64,000 nt of DNA from Thermotogaceae bacterium (GCA_029981435.1 JARRBB010000001.1:1691-65690), one strand, 5' to 3'. Counted from the first letter of the stretch, positions 51,151-60,689 are shown. Translations and numbers: made by a program. Notes: generated by a model not told the origin, from the sequence alone.

Positions 51151-52223
51151 AAGCCTTGATTCTCTGTGCAGGCAAAGGTACACGACTGAGACCTCTGACA
51201 TTTACAAATGCAAAGCAGCTCATACCGGTTGCCAATAAACCTGTTATCCTGTATTCGATAGAGAATATAAAAAATTCCGGGATAAAAGATATAGGAATAG
51301 TTGTTAATAGCGAGAATAGAGAAGCTTTTCAAGAAAAGTTGGGTGATGGAAGTGATTATGGAATAAAAATCACATATATACTTCAGCAAGAACCAAAGGG
51401 CCTCGCACATGCTGTTAGAATTTCTAAAGATTATATAAAAGATGAACCTTTCATGTTGTATTTAGGTGATAATCTTATATTCGAGGATATAAAAGAATAC
51501 TCTGAGAAATTCCTGAAAGATGATTGTTCAGCATCAATACTTTTAACACCTGTTCCGAATCCGTCACAGTTTGGGATTGCTGTGCTTGATGATCACGGAA
51601 ATATAATGAAGGTTGTTGAAAAACCAAAGGATCCTCCTTCGAATTTTGCGATTATAGGTGTTTACTTTTTCCGAAAAGAGATATTTGAAGCGATAGAGAA
51701 TATAAAGCCTTCCTGGAGAGGAGAGTACGAAATAACAGATGCCATTGAATATCTCGTAGAAAATGGTAAAAAAGTCAGAGCACACGTGATTTACGGATGG
51801 TGGAAAGATATGGGAAGGCCTGAGGATCTTTCAGAGGCGAACAGGAGGTTGCTTGAAAAGTTGTCGAGAAGAAAGATATTGGGAAATGTTGATGATATTA
51901 AGAATGTATACGGAGTAGTTGAAATAGGAGAAAACAGTGAAATAGTAAATTCACAGATAAGAGGGCCGGTTATAATTGGCAAAAACACAGTTATAAAGGA
52001 CTCTTACATTGGTCCTTATACATCGATTGGTAACAACGTATTTATTCAATCCAGTGAAATCGAGAATTCCATAGTTATGGACAACACCACTATAATAAAT
52101 ATCGATAGAAGAATAGATAACAGCATAATAGGCAGCAACGCCAAATTAGTTAAAACCGACACTCGTCCACGCGTTTTGAGATTTGTCATAGGTGATTATA
52201 GCTCTTTTTATCATTCGGAATGA
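51147..52223 (+). CDS. rmlA: Glucose-1-phosphate thymidylyltransferase, long form with C-terminal left-handed beta-helix
   Basis: N-terminal LILCAGKGTRLRPLT motif and a C-terminal hexapeptide-repeat region. Confidence 0.85.
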   Translation: MKALILCAGKGTRLRPLTFTNAKQLIPVANKPVILYSIENIKNSGIKDIGIVVNSENREAFQEKLGDGSDYGIKITYILQQEPKGLAHAVRISKDYIKDEPFMLYLGDNLIFEDIKEYSEKFLKDDCSASILLTPVPNPSQFGIAVLDDHGNIMKVVEKPKDPPSNFAIIGVYFFRKEIFEAIENIKPSWRGEYEITDAIEYLVENGKKVRAHVIYGWWKDMGRPEDLSEANRRLLEKLSRRKILGNVDDIKNVYGVVEIGENSEIVNSQIRGPVIIGKNTVIKDSYIGPYTSIGNNVFIQSSEIENSIVMDNTTIINIDRRIDNSIIGSNAKLVKTDTRPRVLRFVIGDYSSFYHSE

Positions 52224-52237
52224 AAGCTATGAAAACA

Positions 52238-54022
52238 TCACTTCCCTTCATTTATCAATTTTATCAACCTTTTAGCTGCCCTTAGAGGCCCCTCATATTC
52301 GTAACCCGGTATTCCGAGTGATGTTTTAAGTTCACCAATTTTTATTCCTGTTTTGAACATTTGATTGAAAAATTTGATAGCTATTTCGTGGTGTTTTTCA
52401 CGCATCTGGATAGCTCCAAAAGGATTGGCAAAATAAGACGTCGTTATTCCACGTTCATGCGTCGTTCCTTTTGCCATACGTGCACCTTTTGAAAAAACTT
52501 CAAGAGCTTCATCAACATTTTTGAAGAATCTTATCTCATCTTCTCCTTCTGAAACTTTTGTATAATTGTTTGCATAAAACACGTAATCGATTCTTGATGG
52601 TTTTATTATTTCAGAAAAGTTATTGAATGGGACTATAACCCTTGCATTAACACTATCAGGATTCATGAATACGCTTCTATCAATAGTCGAATAAGCATAT
52701 CCAGGAGGTAAATCATCAAGCCTCACAAATGCTCCGACTTCCGTCCCAAATGCGACTACCTTTCCATCGTGAATTTCAAGAGAGCCCATATCATCGAAAA
52801 TGATATCGACCATCGAGACTTCCTGATATCTGTTGAGTGCCTCGAGTGTTTCTGATTTTCCGGCACCACTGTCTCCAACAAGTAAGATGTACGAACTCTT
52901 TCCATTTACCAATCTTACTCTTGCCAGAGCGCCATGAACAGGTAAGTTACCTTTTTCAATAACTTTGAGATTGTGAACGGTAAGAGTATTCTTTTTCATA
53001 TAGCCAAAATAGTCGTTTTCTGGAGAAAATGGAATAACTCCGACTATCATGTTTTCTTCTTCGTCAATAAAAACTGCACCTCTTTTTTCATCATCACCGA
53101 TCATTTCTTCCGATACTCCAAAAATCACAATACCATCAGGTTTTTTAGTCATGACTTCTTTCATATCAGCTATTTCAAAGAGATTTGTCACACCAGCTCC
53201 CAAAGCCAAAAACTCCATATGCACATAAATATAAAACAACATTCTACCAACGTTTATTGGTATACAAAGCCACTGTGTCCTTGGAAGCTTAAGTTCAGAT
53301 AGTATGTTTCTTTTTTTAACTGGGAAGATTCCCTGTCTTTTGTTTGATAAAGTGTAGAAAATTACAGGTGGTTCAAAGATAACGTTCCAAACTATCAACG
53401 GTTCATACAACCACTGATTCTTGAATCTATGATTTTTAGGGACTCTCATTTTATCAGCCAAAAAGGAAACCTGCGCACCACTTGGAAGCTGACGAAGGAC
53501 CTTTGGAGTTTCACCAGATGTGTTGAATGATACCTGACGATATACATCTCTCACCATATCCTTGAAATCGTTATTGACTTTTATCAAAGAATATGAGGTA
53601 GAAAGTCTTGTTGAGATATTTGATGTGTATCTTTCTTTTTTTATTATGAATCTGTGTTTGTTTCTCCAGTGATTGTAGAGTATTTCTATAAAATTCAGGA
53701 AAGCTTTTCTGTGCTTCAGAAGGTCTATACCATAATTTTCATAAATATATTCAGGTGTTTTGAAGCTTAGTATAAGTATGAGGTCAATGATTCTTTTTAT
53801 ATCGTATTTTTCGTCAATTTTATTTGAAGTTGCATCTATGAGAAAATATTCCTTGAAAAATCCAAGTGATTCATCGTCTTTTTCATCAAGAATTTCCAGA
53901 ATTTCCTTCAACAATATTGAAAAATTTTCAGAATCAATTATTTGAAATGGATTTCTATAAGTTAAATTGGCATCAATTATATAGCTTCTTGGATATTTTC
54001 CATCTTTTCCTAAAAAAGCCAA
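52238..54022 (-). CDS. Large uncharacterised protein with C-terminal HPr kinase/phosphorylase-like P-loop domain
   Basis: 594 aa. Residues around 370-520 read NLPVHGALARVRLVNGKSSYILLVGDSGAGKSETLEALNRY...VDIIFDDMGSLEI, matching the HprK C-terminal fold (H..G..V...G.G.LI.GDSG.GKSE.ALEL...G..LV.DD). The N-terminal roughly 360 aa have no motif I recognise. Confidence 0.55.
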   Translation of the reverse strand: MAFLGKDGKYPRSYIIDANLTYRNPFQIIDSENFSILLKEILEILDEKDDESLGFFKEYFLIDATSNKIDEKYDIKRIIDLILILSFKTPEYIYENYGIDLLKHRKAFLNFIEILYNHWRNKHRFIIKKERYTSNISTRLSTSYSLIKVNNDFKDMVRDVYRQVSFNTSGETPKVLRQLPSGAQVSFLADKMRVPKNHRFKNQWLYEPLIVWNVIFEPPVIFYTLSNKRQGIFPVKKRNILSELKLPRTQWLCIPINVGRMLFYIYVHMEFLALGAGVTNLFEIADMKEVMTKKPDGIVIFGVSEEMIGDDEKRGAVFIDEEENMIVGVIPFSPENDYFGYMKKNTLTVHNLKVIEKGNLPVHGALARVRLVNGKSSYILLVGDSGAGKSETLEALNRYQEVSMVDIIFDDMGSLEIHDGKVVAFGTEVGAFVRLDDLPPGYAYSTIDRSVFMNPDSVNARVIVPFNNFSEIIKPSRIDYVFYANNYTKVSEGEDEIRFFKNVDEALEVFSKGARMAKGTTHERGITTSYFANPFGAIQMREKHHEIAIKFFNQMFKTGIKIGELKTSLGIPGYEYEGPLRAAKRLIKLINEGK

Positions 54023-54034
54023 TCATATCGCCTC

Positions 54035-54304
54035 CTAAAAGAGTTTATATCTTTTCTTCACAGGTTCAATTACTTCCCAGACACATTTCAGCCCCTTGGG
54101 AAATGTTACCAGATCACCTTTTCCTATTTCATATTTTTTTCCACTTTCGGTTGTGACTACAACCTTTCCTTCCAGAAAATAGCAGGTTTCATTTGTATCA
54201 TAATACCAATCAAATTTACTTACTTCCTTTTCCCATATGCCCCATTCATCAAGATTCAATTTTCTAAGTTCCTCAGCCGAAGGTTTTTCGATTCTCACTT
54301 CCAT
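54035..54304 (-). CDS. Small cupin-domain protein (DUF861/cupin_3-like)
   Basis: About 90 aa starting at ATG 54304 (MEVRIEKPS) behind RBS AAGGAGGTG. Cupin pattern ...WYYDTNETCYFLEGKVVV...GDLVTFPKG. The track ORF extends upstream into the rhomboid gene and is presumably over-extended. Confidence 0.6.
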   Translation of the reverse strand: MEVRIEKPSAEELRKLNLDEWGIWEKEVSKFDWYYDTNETCYFLEGKVVVTTESGKKYEIGKGDLVTFPKGLKCVWEVIEPVKKRYKLF

Positions 54305-54321
54305 TTTTTGCACACCTCCTT

Positions 54322-55023
54322 TTAATATCTGTAATAATTTCTTCGCGGTAGAAAATATTTCCACATGTTCATACCAAAGATAAAGCCTCCAATATGTGCC
54401 CACCAGGCTACTCCTCCGAAATTTCCTCTTACGATTGTTGAAAGAGTACCGTTGAAGAACTGCATTATGAACCATATTCCTAAATACAGTACGGCGGGTA
54501 TTTCAACAATAAACGGTATAAAGAACAAAGGCACAAAAGTTATTATTCTTGAAAACGGGAACAAAACGAAGTATGCTCCCATAACTCCCGCAATTGCTCC
54601 AGAGGCACCCAACATAGGCACTTGTGAATTCCAGCTGAAAATAAAGTGTAGCAAACTTGCTGCGATACCACTCAAAATATAGAAAATTGCGAATCCAAAA
54701 TGTCCCAGTCTATCTTCTACGTTATCGCCAAAGAGCCACAGAGCCCACATGTTGCTTATTATATGAGACCATCCTCCATGAAGGAACATTGCAGAAATAA
54801 ATGGAAAAAAGTTGTATCTTGAGAGTCCTGTTATTAAAGAAAATTTTGCTGAAGTATATCTTGCAGGCACAATTCCAAATTTATAAAAGAATTCCAATAA
54901 TTCACGTGATGGAAGATTAAGTTCATAAATGAATATGATTACATTGAGAACTATTATCGCTATTGTGACGTAAGGTTTTCTACGACTTGGAATGGTATCT
55001 TTGAGTGGAAACAAATGAATCAC
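54322..55023 (-). CDS. Rhomboid-family intramembrane serine protease
   Basis: Catalytic GASGAIAGVMGAY (GxSG) and the HIGGF histidine helix. Six transmembrane segments. Confidence 0.85.
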   Translation of the reverse strand: MIHLFPLKDTIPSRRKPYVTIAIIVLNVIIFIYELNLPSRELLEFFYKFGIVPARYTSAKFSLITGLSRYNFFPFISAMFLHGGWSHIISNMWALWLFGDNVEDRLGHFGFAIFYILSGIAASLLHFIFSWNSQVPMLGASGAIAGVMGAYFVLFPFSRIITFVPLFFIPFIVEIPAVLYLGIWFIMQFFNGTLSTIVRGNFGGVAWWAHIGGFIFGMNMWKYFLPRRNYYRY

Positions 55024-55050
55024 CCCCCAATGATAATCATTTCAAAGATT

Positions 55051-56484
55051 TTACCATAAATTCTGTGAAATCATGATTTTCAGACTATCGGATATTTTTC
55101 TCAAATTGCCGTCGAAAGTCTCGAAATCTGTCCTTGATATCTTCTTGCCTCCAAAGTGAACCATCACATAACATTCTGTAAGGTTTTTGAAAGCTTCAAA
55201 GTCTACGGTTTCAATTTTTCTTATTTTATTAAGAAGTTCGTATGGGGTTAAAAAATTCATATTTCCAAAATATTTTCTTCTTAACCACCAATAAGCCGAT
55301 ACAATATATTCTTTAGTGTAATCCAACCCGGGAAACTGATCCAATGGTATCATTTTAACATTTTCAGGGATATCTTTTTCTTTTTTTTCAATATTCACGA
55401 TTTTAAATTCGCGAGTGAATCTGAAAAAATAAAAGAGGAGATAAAAACTTATCGCTGAAAGTATTAGAATTCCGGAGACTTCAAAAGCTTTTACGAAAGA
55501 TGTTACAAGATTGGAATCAATTTTTCTTTCATACATTGAGCTATTAATGTTTGAAAGAGATGGATACATAACTTGTGAAATATTTGAAGCAAATGGATTG
55601 GTACCTGGGAATGTTCTTGCATATTCCATATCTTTCACCAATAAAAACATGAAAGTAAAAAAACCTATAAGAGCGACAAGATATAAGAGTGATAATAAAA
55701 GATTCTTGAGCCCTTCCTTAGATTTAATTATCTTGATCACCACAAAACTTAAAAAAGTACCAAATATTACCAGAATAAAAGAGATCAAAAATTCCAGATA
55801 GTTACTTTCAAAGGTCGTGTAAGTCAATGAAGGCTTCTCAAAAAAATAACTGTAATTGCTGGTTTTGCTTACAAACGAGTTGGAGTTTTGAAATTTATGA
55901 TCATTCGATTGTACTGAATTATCTTGAAAGGTTTCTTCTGAATTGCTTCTGATAGAATTCAACAAAAGTGGAAAATCAAAATTATTTACAAAAGGAGCGA
56001 TAAGTAGTGATGAAATGATAAGGAGCAATAGAGTTCTTTTGTTTGATTTCTCTTTCAAAATCAGCCATGAAACAATAGTTAAGAGGAAAATTAGAAAATT
56101 CATGATTGGCGGTGAATATTTATAAATGGCTAAGAAAATACCTAACATGACTAACCCGGAGATTGAAATTTTTATGTCTTGAGATGATAGAAACATCAAA
56201 GCTGTCCCAAAAAATATCAACAACGATATTTCTTTGAAATCACTTTTCAAAGCTAAAGATGCAACAACCATTGAAATGAATTCGAAAGGCAAGAGGACCA
56301 TCGTATGAATGAAAGTTCCTCTGTTTAAAACAAAAAATATTGACGTGATTCCCGAGAGGATAAGTGCTTTTGGTAAAGGTAACGAGCTCGTAAATACATA
56401 TACAGACAGAATAACCGGAAATATATAAAACAAAAGTTTTTTATTCAATTTCAGACAAAACCTCCTGAAAGCTTTGATTAGCAC
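55051..56484 (-). CDS. Polytopic membrane protein with C-terminal DUF4129-like domain
   Basis: 477 aa with many transmembrane helices. The C-terminal roughly 100 aa (LTPYELLNKIRK...) resemble DUF4129. Positioned directly after a DUF58 gene. Family assignment is pattern-based only. Confidence 0.45.
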   Translation of the reverse strand: MLIKAFRRFCLKLNKKLLFYIFPVILSVYVFTSSLPLPKALILSGITSIFFVLNRGTFIHTMVLLPFEFISMVVASLALKSDFKEISLLIFFGTALMFLSSQDIKISISGLVMLGIFLAIYKYSPPIMNFLIFLLTIVSWLILKEKSNKRTLLLLIISSLLIAPFVNNFDFPLLLNSIRSNSEETFQDNSVQSNDHKFQNSNSFVSKTSNYSYFFEKPSLTYTTFESNYLEFLISFILVIFGTFLSFVVIKIIKSKEGLKNLLLSLLYLVALIGFFTFMFLLVKDMEYARTFPGTNPFASNISQVMYPSLSNINSSMYERKIDSNLVTSFVKAFEVSGILILSAISFYLLFYFFRFTREFKIVNIEKKEKDIPENVKMIPLDQFPGLDYTKEYIVSAYWWLRRKYFGNMNFLTPYELLNKIRKIETVDFEAFKNLTECYVMVHFGGKKISRTDFETFDGNLRKISDSLKIMISQNLW

Positions 56485-57709
56485 GAATTATTCTCACAAT
56501 TATCTGCTCATTTTCCAGTACACGTGCTCTTTCCAGCAATTTTTCCATGTCTCTTGGATACAGTGAATAATCTTTACCTGGTTTATATTTAGGATCTCTG
56601 AATCCATAAGGCATTATTATTACCAGGACCCTTGCACATCTTGCTCTGGCTTTTAAGAGCAATGGTAGTATCGAATTAGTTAAAAACATTGACATTATAA
56701 CAAGAGTAGATGAGGGTGTGAGTTTTTCAATTTCTTTAATCAAAACTTCATCTATCTGTGGTCCGTTGTTAGTTCCCTGAACCATCGCGAGTAACTCTAC
56801 AATTTTTACCCAATCCTTTGTGTTTTCTACTTTCAATACTTTTTCGCCGATAACTGTTAAATCAACATGATTGCCTTTGAGATAACAACTATAAACCACA
56901 GCGCATGCGGCTTTTATTGCATCTTCCTGATAAAATTCTCTTATCTGTGACCAGACGTTTTTCGCGTGTATTTCGTTCGATAGATTTAGATCAACGTAGA
57001 ATTTTATGTTTCCAATGGCAGTATAATCGTGTTCTTTAACATAAAGTTTTCCCAATTTAGCCGATATTTTCCAGTGAATTTTGTTCAGGGCTTCAAAATT
57101 GTATTCTCTTACTCCTCTAATTCTTGTTAAATCTTCCAGCAATTTGAAATCACTCGTCGATCCTGGCAACAATTCTCTCAAGCGTGAAGGAAAGTTTTCT
57201 ATATCCATAATATCCGGAAGTATTATTATCTTCTCAGTTGCTCCAAAATTTATCCAGTGCTTGAATAAACCAAGTGGATCGGTGTAAAAAATGGTGCAGT
57301 TAGAGACATCTTTTATCCCTCTTTTAGAAAAAGAAAGATCGAATTCTATTTTTGTTTTTTTACCATTTGACACAGATAATTTTTTTCCAGAAATTTTCGT
57401 TGAAGGAGTGTTACCATAGAGGGAAGGAATAAGTTCTATTACGAATCTACCGGACATGTTGCTCGCAATCGTGTAGATGATTTTAAATTCTTGGTTGACA
57501 AAGGCACGGTTTCTTTCCGTAAATCTATTAATAACAAGGTTTAAGAGAAAATTTTTAGTGAAAAAGAATTCGATCCAGAAAATGATAACCAGGCATCCAA
57601 AAAGTAAAGAAAAAGTGCTTGGCTGGAAAAGGAACCATAAACTTCCTACAGTACTTAACCAGACCAGTGGCCGATAAGAGGATTTTGCTGACTTAACGTT
57701 GAGCCTCAT
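56441..57709 (-). CDS. DUF58-domain protein (vWA-like, usually MoxR-associated)
   Basis: DUF58 core motif IRGVREYNFEALNKIHWKISAKLGKLYVKE. N-terminal transmembrane helices. RBS AAGGTGA. Confidence 0.7.
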   Translation of the reverse strand: MRLNVKSAKSSYRPLVWLSTVGSLWFLFQPSTFSLLFGCLVIIFWIEFFFTKNFLLNLVINRFTERNRAFVNQEFKIIYTIASNMSGRFVIELIPSLYGNTPSTKISGKKLSVSNGKKTKIEFDLSFSKRGIKDVSNCTIFYTDPLGLFKHWINFGATEKIIILPDIMDIENFPSRLRELLPGSTSDFKLLEDLTRIRGVREYNFEALNKIHWKISAKLGKLYVKEHDYTAIGNIKFYVDLNLSNEIHAKNVWSQIREFYQEDAIKAACAVVYSCYLKGNHVDLTVIGEKVLKVENTKDWVKIVELLAMVQGTNNGPQIDEVLIKEIEKLTPSSTLVIMSMFLTNSILPLLLKARARCARVLVIIMPYGFRDPKYKPGKDYSLYPRDMEKLLERARVLENEQIIVRIIRANQSFQEVLSEIE

Positions 57710-57726
57710 GAGTTGTTCACCTTTTT

Positions 57727-57751
57727 AAACAAAAAAAGGGAATACTCCCTT
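57727..57751 (-). terminator. Putative intrinsic terminator following tRNA-Ser
   Basis: On the minus strand, hairpin AAGGGAGUAUUCCCUU (6-bp stem) followed by UUUUUUUGUUU. It lies between the tRNA 3' end and the DUF58 RBS. Confidence 0.4.
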
Positions 57752-57762
57752 CTTTAAAATTA

Positions 57763-57853
57763 TGGCGGAGAGGGTGGGATTTGAACCCACGAACCGGTTT
57801 CGCCGGTTACACGCTCTCCAGGCGTGCGCCTTCGACCGCTCGGCCACCTCTCC
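57763..57853 (-). tRNA. tRNA-Ser (anticodon GGA), long variable arm, CCA encoded
   Basis: Manual fold with acceptor GGAGAGG/CCUCUCC, anticodon stem CACGC/GCGUG with loop CUGGAGA, an extra arm AACCGGCGAAACCGGUU, and T-arm GUGGG-UUCAAAU-CCCAC. Confidence 0.85.
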
Positions 57854-58008
57854 GTTGATGTTGAATTTTCCAAAGAAATTTTATCACACAATCACCTTCA
57901 AGACAAGAAAAAGTAAATGGACCTTTAAAAGCTTTTAACATTGAAAAGGGGATGAAAGAATTATAATTCTTTTGTGTTCTAAAATAGCAAGAAGCTGGAG
58001 GGAGACAT

Positions 58009-59103
58009 ATGGTTGTAAAGGTTGGAATAATTGGAAGCGGGCTGATCGCGCAATTTGCACATATTCCAGGTTATTTAGAAGCAGGAGCAGAAATAGTTGC
58101 AGTGTGCGATGTTGTGGAAAAAAGAGCGAAAGAAGTGGCAAAAAAATTCAACATTCCAAAAGTTTACACTGATTACAGAGAACTTCTTAAAAATCCCGAA
58201 ATTCAGGCGGTAAGCATTTGTACACCTAACTATCTTCACGCACAGATGACCATTGATGCTCTTGAAAGCTCAAAGCATGTTTTGTGCGAAAAACCAATGG
58301 CTATGAATGTTGAAGAAGCACAGAGTATGCTCGAAACTTCAAAAAAGACAGGAAAAATACTGATGATGGGTTTCAACAATCGTTTCAGAGGCGATGCCAG
58401 GAAACTGAAACAGTTCATCGATTCAGACAAACTTGGAGAAATTTATTATGCAAAGGTTGGATATATGAGAAGACGTGGTACTCCAAGAGGCTGGTTCACC
58501 GTAAAGGCTGAATCTGGCGGTGGCCCTGTCATAGATATTGGAGTGCACATAATTGATTTGACAAGGTATCTTATGGGGAATCCAGAACCTGCTTCTGTTT
58601 TTGCAACTACATACAGAAAGCTTTCGGAATACAGCATAGATGGACGTCAGACCTGGGATTCTTCTGATGTTAGAGATGGCTTGAGAGATGGCAAATTAAA
58701 CGATGTGGAAGATCTTGCAACTGCATTGATAAAATTCAAGAATGGTTCTACCATGTTTGTTGAAGTTTCTTGGGCTGCTAATATTTCTGGTGACAGGTTT
58801 TACATAAATTTATGTGGAACAAAGGCAGGAGCCGAACTCGATTCTTATAATCCTATCCATAAAGGTGCTAAAAACAACGATGCTTTGTTGAAACTTTTTG
58901 GCGAGGAGTTAAATTCTCTCACAGATTATTATGTGGAGCCCCCAAAAACGGTAAGTCACTTTGAGGAAATAAAATACTTTGTGAAATGTGTTGCCGAAAA
59001 CAGACAGCCGGAGATATGCAAAGCAGAAGAAGGAGTTCAGATTCAAAAAATCCTAAATGCTATATATGAAAGTGCGGATACTGGTAAGTTGATAACTTTT
59101 TAG
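58009..59103 (+). CDS. Gfo/Idh/MocA-family NAD(P)-dependent oxidoreductase
   Basis: Rossmann motif VGIIGSGLIA and an EKP motif. RBS GGAGGGA. Confidence 0.85.
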   Translation: MVVKVGIIGSGLIAQFAHIPGYLEAGAEIVAVCDVVEKRAKEVAKKFNIPKVYTDYRELLKNPEIQAVSICTPNYLHAQMTIDALESSKHVLCEKPMAMNVEEAQSMLETSKKTGKILMMGFNNRFRGDARKLKQFIDSDKLGEIYYAKVGYMRRRGTPRGWFTVKAESGGGPVIDIGVHIIDLTRYLMGNPEPASVFATTYRKLSEYSIDGRQTWDSSDVRDGLRDGKLNDVEDLATALIKFKNGSTMFVEVSWAANISGDRFYINLCGTKAGAELDSYNPIHKGAKNNDALLKLFGEELNSLTDYYVEPPKTVSHFEEIKYFVKCVAENRQPEICKAEEGVQIQKILNAIYESADTGKLITF

Positions 59104-59113
59104 ATTTGAAATG

Positions 59114-59144
59114 ACTGGAGGCTTCGAGCCTCCAGTTATTCTTT
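59114..59144 (+). terminator. Rho-independent terminator after the oxidoreductase gene
   Basis: GC-rich hairpin ACUGGAGGC-UUCG-AGCCUCCAGU followed by UAUUCUUU. Confidence 0.6.
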
Positions 59145-59160
59145 AAAGGTGGTGTGAAAC

Positions 59161-59835
59161 TTGAAAAAACCTGTGGAACTTTTGAAAAAAAGTTGTAGGG
59201 AATTCGGAATCTTTCTTTATAATCAGAATAAGATAAAGCATTACGAAATAACTCAATCGGGTGAGTATGGCATCAGAATGAGACTTGGTGATCTTGGAAC
59301 AGTGAAATTTTATATAAACAACAAGTTGGAAATAAAGATAGTAAATGAGAATCTTGCGGAGAATGTTTTTGAGGAAATATTGATTCTCTGGGAAATCTTC
59401 AGGAAGGGAAATAAATACTTGAAAGGAATACATATCTTTGTTGATGGTAGTTTCATGAATGGAAAAGTGGGGTACGGTTTTTTAATCATAAAAGATGGTA
59501 TTGTTTTGAAGAAGTCTTTTGGGAAACTCGGTGATGAATATTCCAGATATTTCAATTTGAGAAATGTTCTTGGTGAAATAAAAGCAATAATTGAGTCAAT
59601 TGAGTTTTGTATGAAGGAAGGATTAACTGAGATACATATCCATTATGATTACGAAGGCTTGAAAAAGTGGGCTAATTTGGAATGGAAGGCAAAAAATGAA
59701 ATAACTCATCAATATCAAGAATATATTTTAGATGCTTCAAAAAAATTGAAGATAATCTGGTTAAAAGAAAAAGCTCACAGTGATTCAATGTTGAATGCTT
59801 TTGCTGATAGGCTTGCAAAAAAAGCATTGAAGTGA
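59161..59835 (+). CDS. RNase H-like (RNase HI/RVT_3-type) domain protein with roughly 95-aa N-terminal extension
   Basis: The C-terminal part reads IFVDGSF...GYGFLI...E..A....L.......I.IH.D......W, an RNase H fold pattern. TTG start behind RBS AAAGGTGGTG. Confidence 0.5.
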   Translation: MKKPVELLKKSCREFGIFLYNQNKIKHYEITQSGEYGIRMRLGDLGTVKFYINNKLEIKIVNENLAENVFEEILILWEIFRKGNKYLKGIHIFVDGSFMNGKVGYGFLIIKDGIVLKKSFGKLGDEYSRYFNLRNVLGEIKAIIESIEFCMKEGLTEIHIHYDYEGLKKWANLEWKAKNEITHQYQEYILDASKKLKIIWLKEKAHSDSMLNAFADRLAKKALK

Positions 59836-59837
59836 AT

Positions 59838-60689
59838 TTAAAAGCGTTTGGGTTTTAAAACTTCATCAAGATTTTCAAAATGTTGTTCTACCCTATCTTT
59901 CATTTTGAATAGAACTGCTTTGTACAGTGTATCAATAACAATCAGCTCACCTACTCTGCTAACGTGGAAATCACTTGGGTGTCTTTTCCCGGCAGCACAA
60001 TACAAAGATACATCGGATACCTTAGTTATAGGAGAATCTATACCTGATGTTATAGCAATAGTTTTAGCACCTGAATCCTGTGCTACTTGTAAAGATTTAA
60101 CAATATCCCTTATCATTCCACTATGGCTTATCCCTATCACTACATCTTTGTTAGACAGACTTGCACCAACCATTACCTGAGCATGTGGATCGATATAGTA
60201 TGCAGAATGAAAACCTAAAAGCGCGAACCTCAAACTTGCATCCTGCGCCAGAGCACCTGAACGACCAACTCCAAAGAACAATATTCTGTTGGAACTCAAT
60301 ATTATTTCAACTGCTTTGCTTAAAGCGACGAAATCAAGTAACTCATGTGTATCTTTCAAAAGCTCGAAATTTTCAGCAAATATACCTTCGATAAATTCTC
60401 TAAGATTCTTCCTATTTCTGCTTTCAATGATATCATCTTTTGGAAAGCTCAATTCGCGAGCAAGTACTATTTTGAAATTTTGATATCCGCTGAATCCAAG
60501 TTTTCTACATAATCTGTATATAGTAGCTTCACTTGCCCCACAATGCCTCGCAAACTCTGTTATACTATAGTGTATAACATCATCAGGCCTTTCAAGAATA
60601 TAATTTGCCGCTAATTTTTCAGAATCACTTAGTGAGTTGTAGATTCCTTTAAGTTTGGCAAGTATCAACCTTGTTCCACCCTTCTTCAT
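59838..60689 (-). CDS. RpiR-family transcriptional regulator (HTH plus SIS domain)
   Basis: N-terminal HTH_6 (YSITEFARHCGASEATIYRLCRKLG) and a C-terminal SIS domain. Confidence 0.8.
   Translation of the reverse strand: MKKGGTRLILAKLKGIYNSLSDSEKLAANYILERPDDVIHYSITEFARHCGASEATIYRLCRKLGFSGYQNFKIVLARELSFPKDDIIESRNRKNLREFIEGIFAENFELLKDTHELLDFVALSKAVEIILSSNRILFFGVGRSGALAQDASLRFALLGFHSAYYIDPHAQVMVGASLSNKDVVIGISHSGMIRDIVKSLQVAQDSGAKTIAITSGIDSPITKVSDVSLYCAAGKRHPSDFHVSRVGELIVIDTLYKAVLFKMKDRVEQHFENLDEVLKPKRF

Noticed and set aside
54305-54475. Long form of the cupin ORF (track 54035..54475) overlapping the rhomboid gene
   Set aside because: It overlaps 150 nt of the confidently called rhomboid gene in another frame. 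An internal ATG at 54304 with a strong AAGGAGGTG RBS gives a typical roughly 90-aa cupin.
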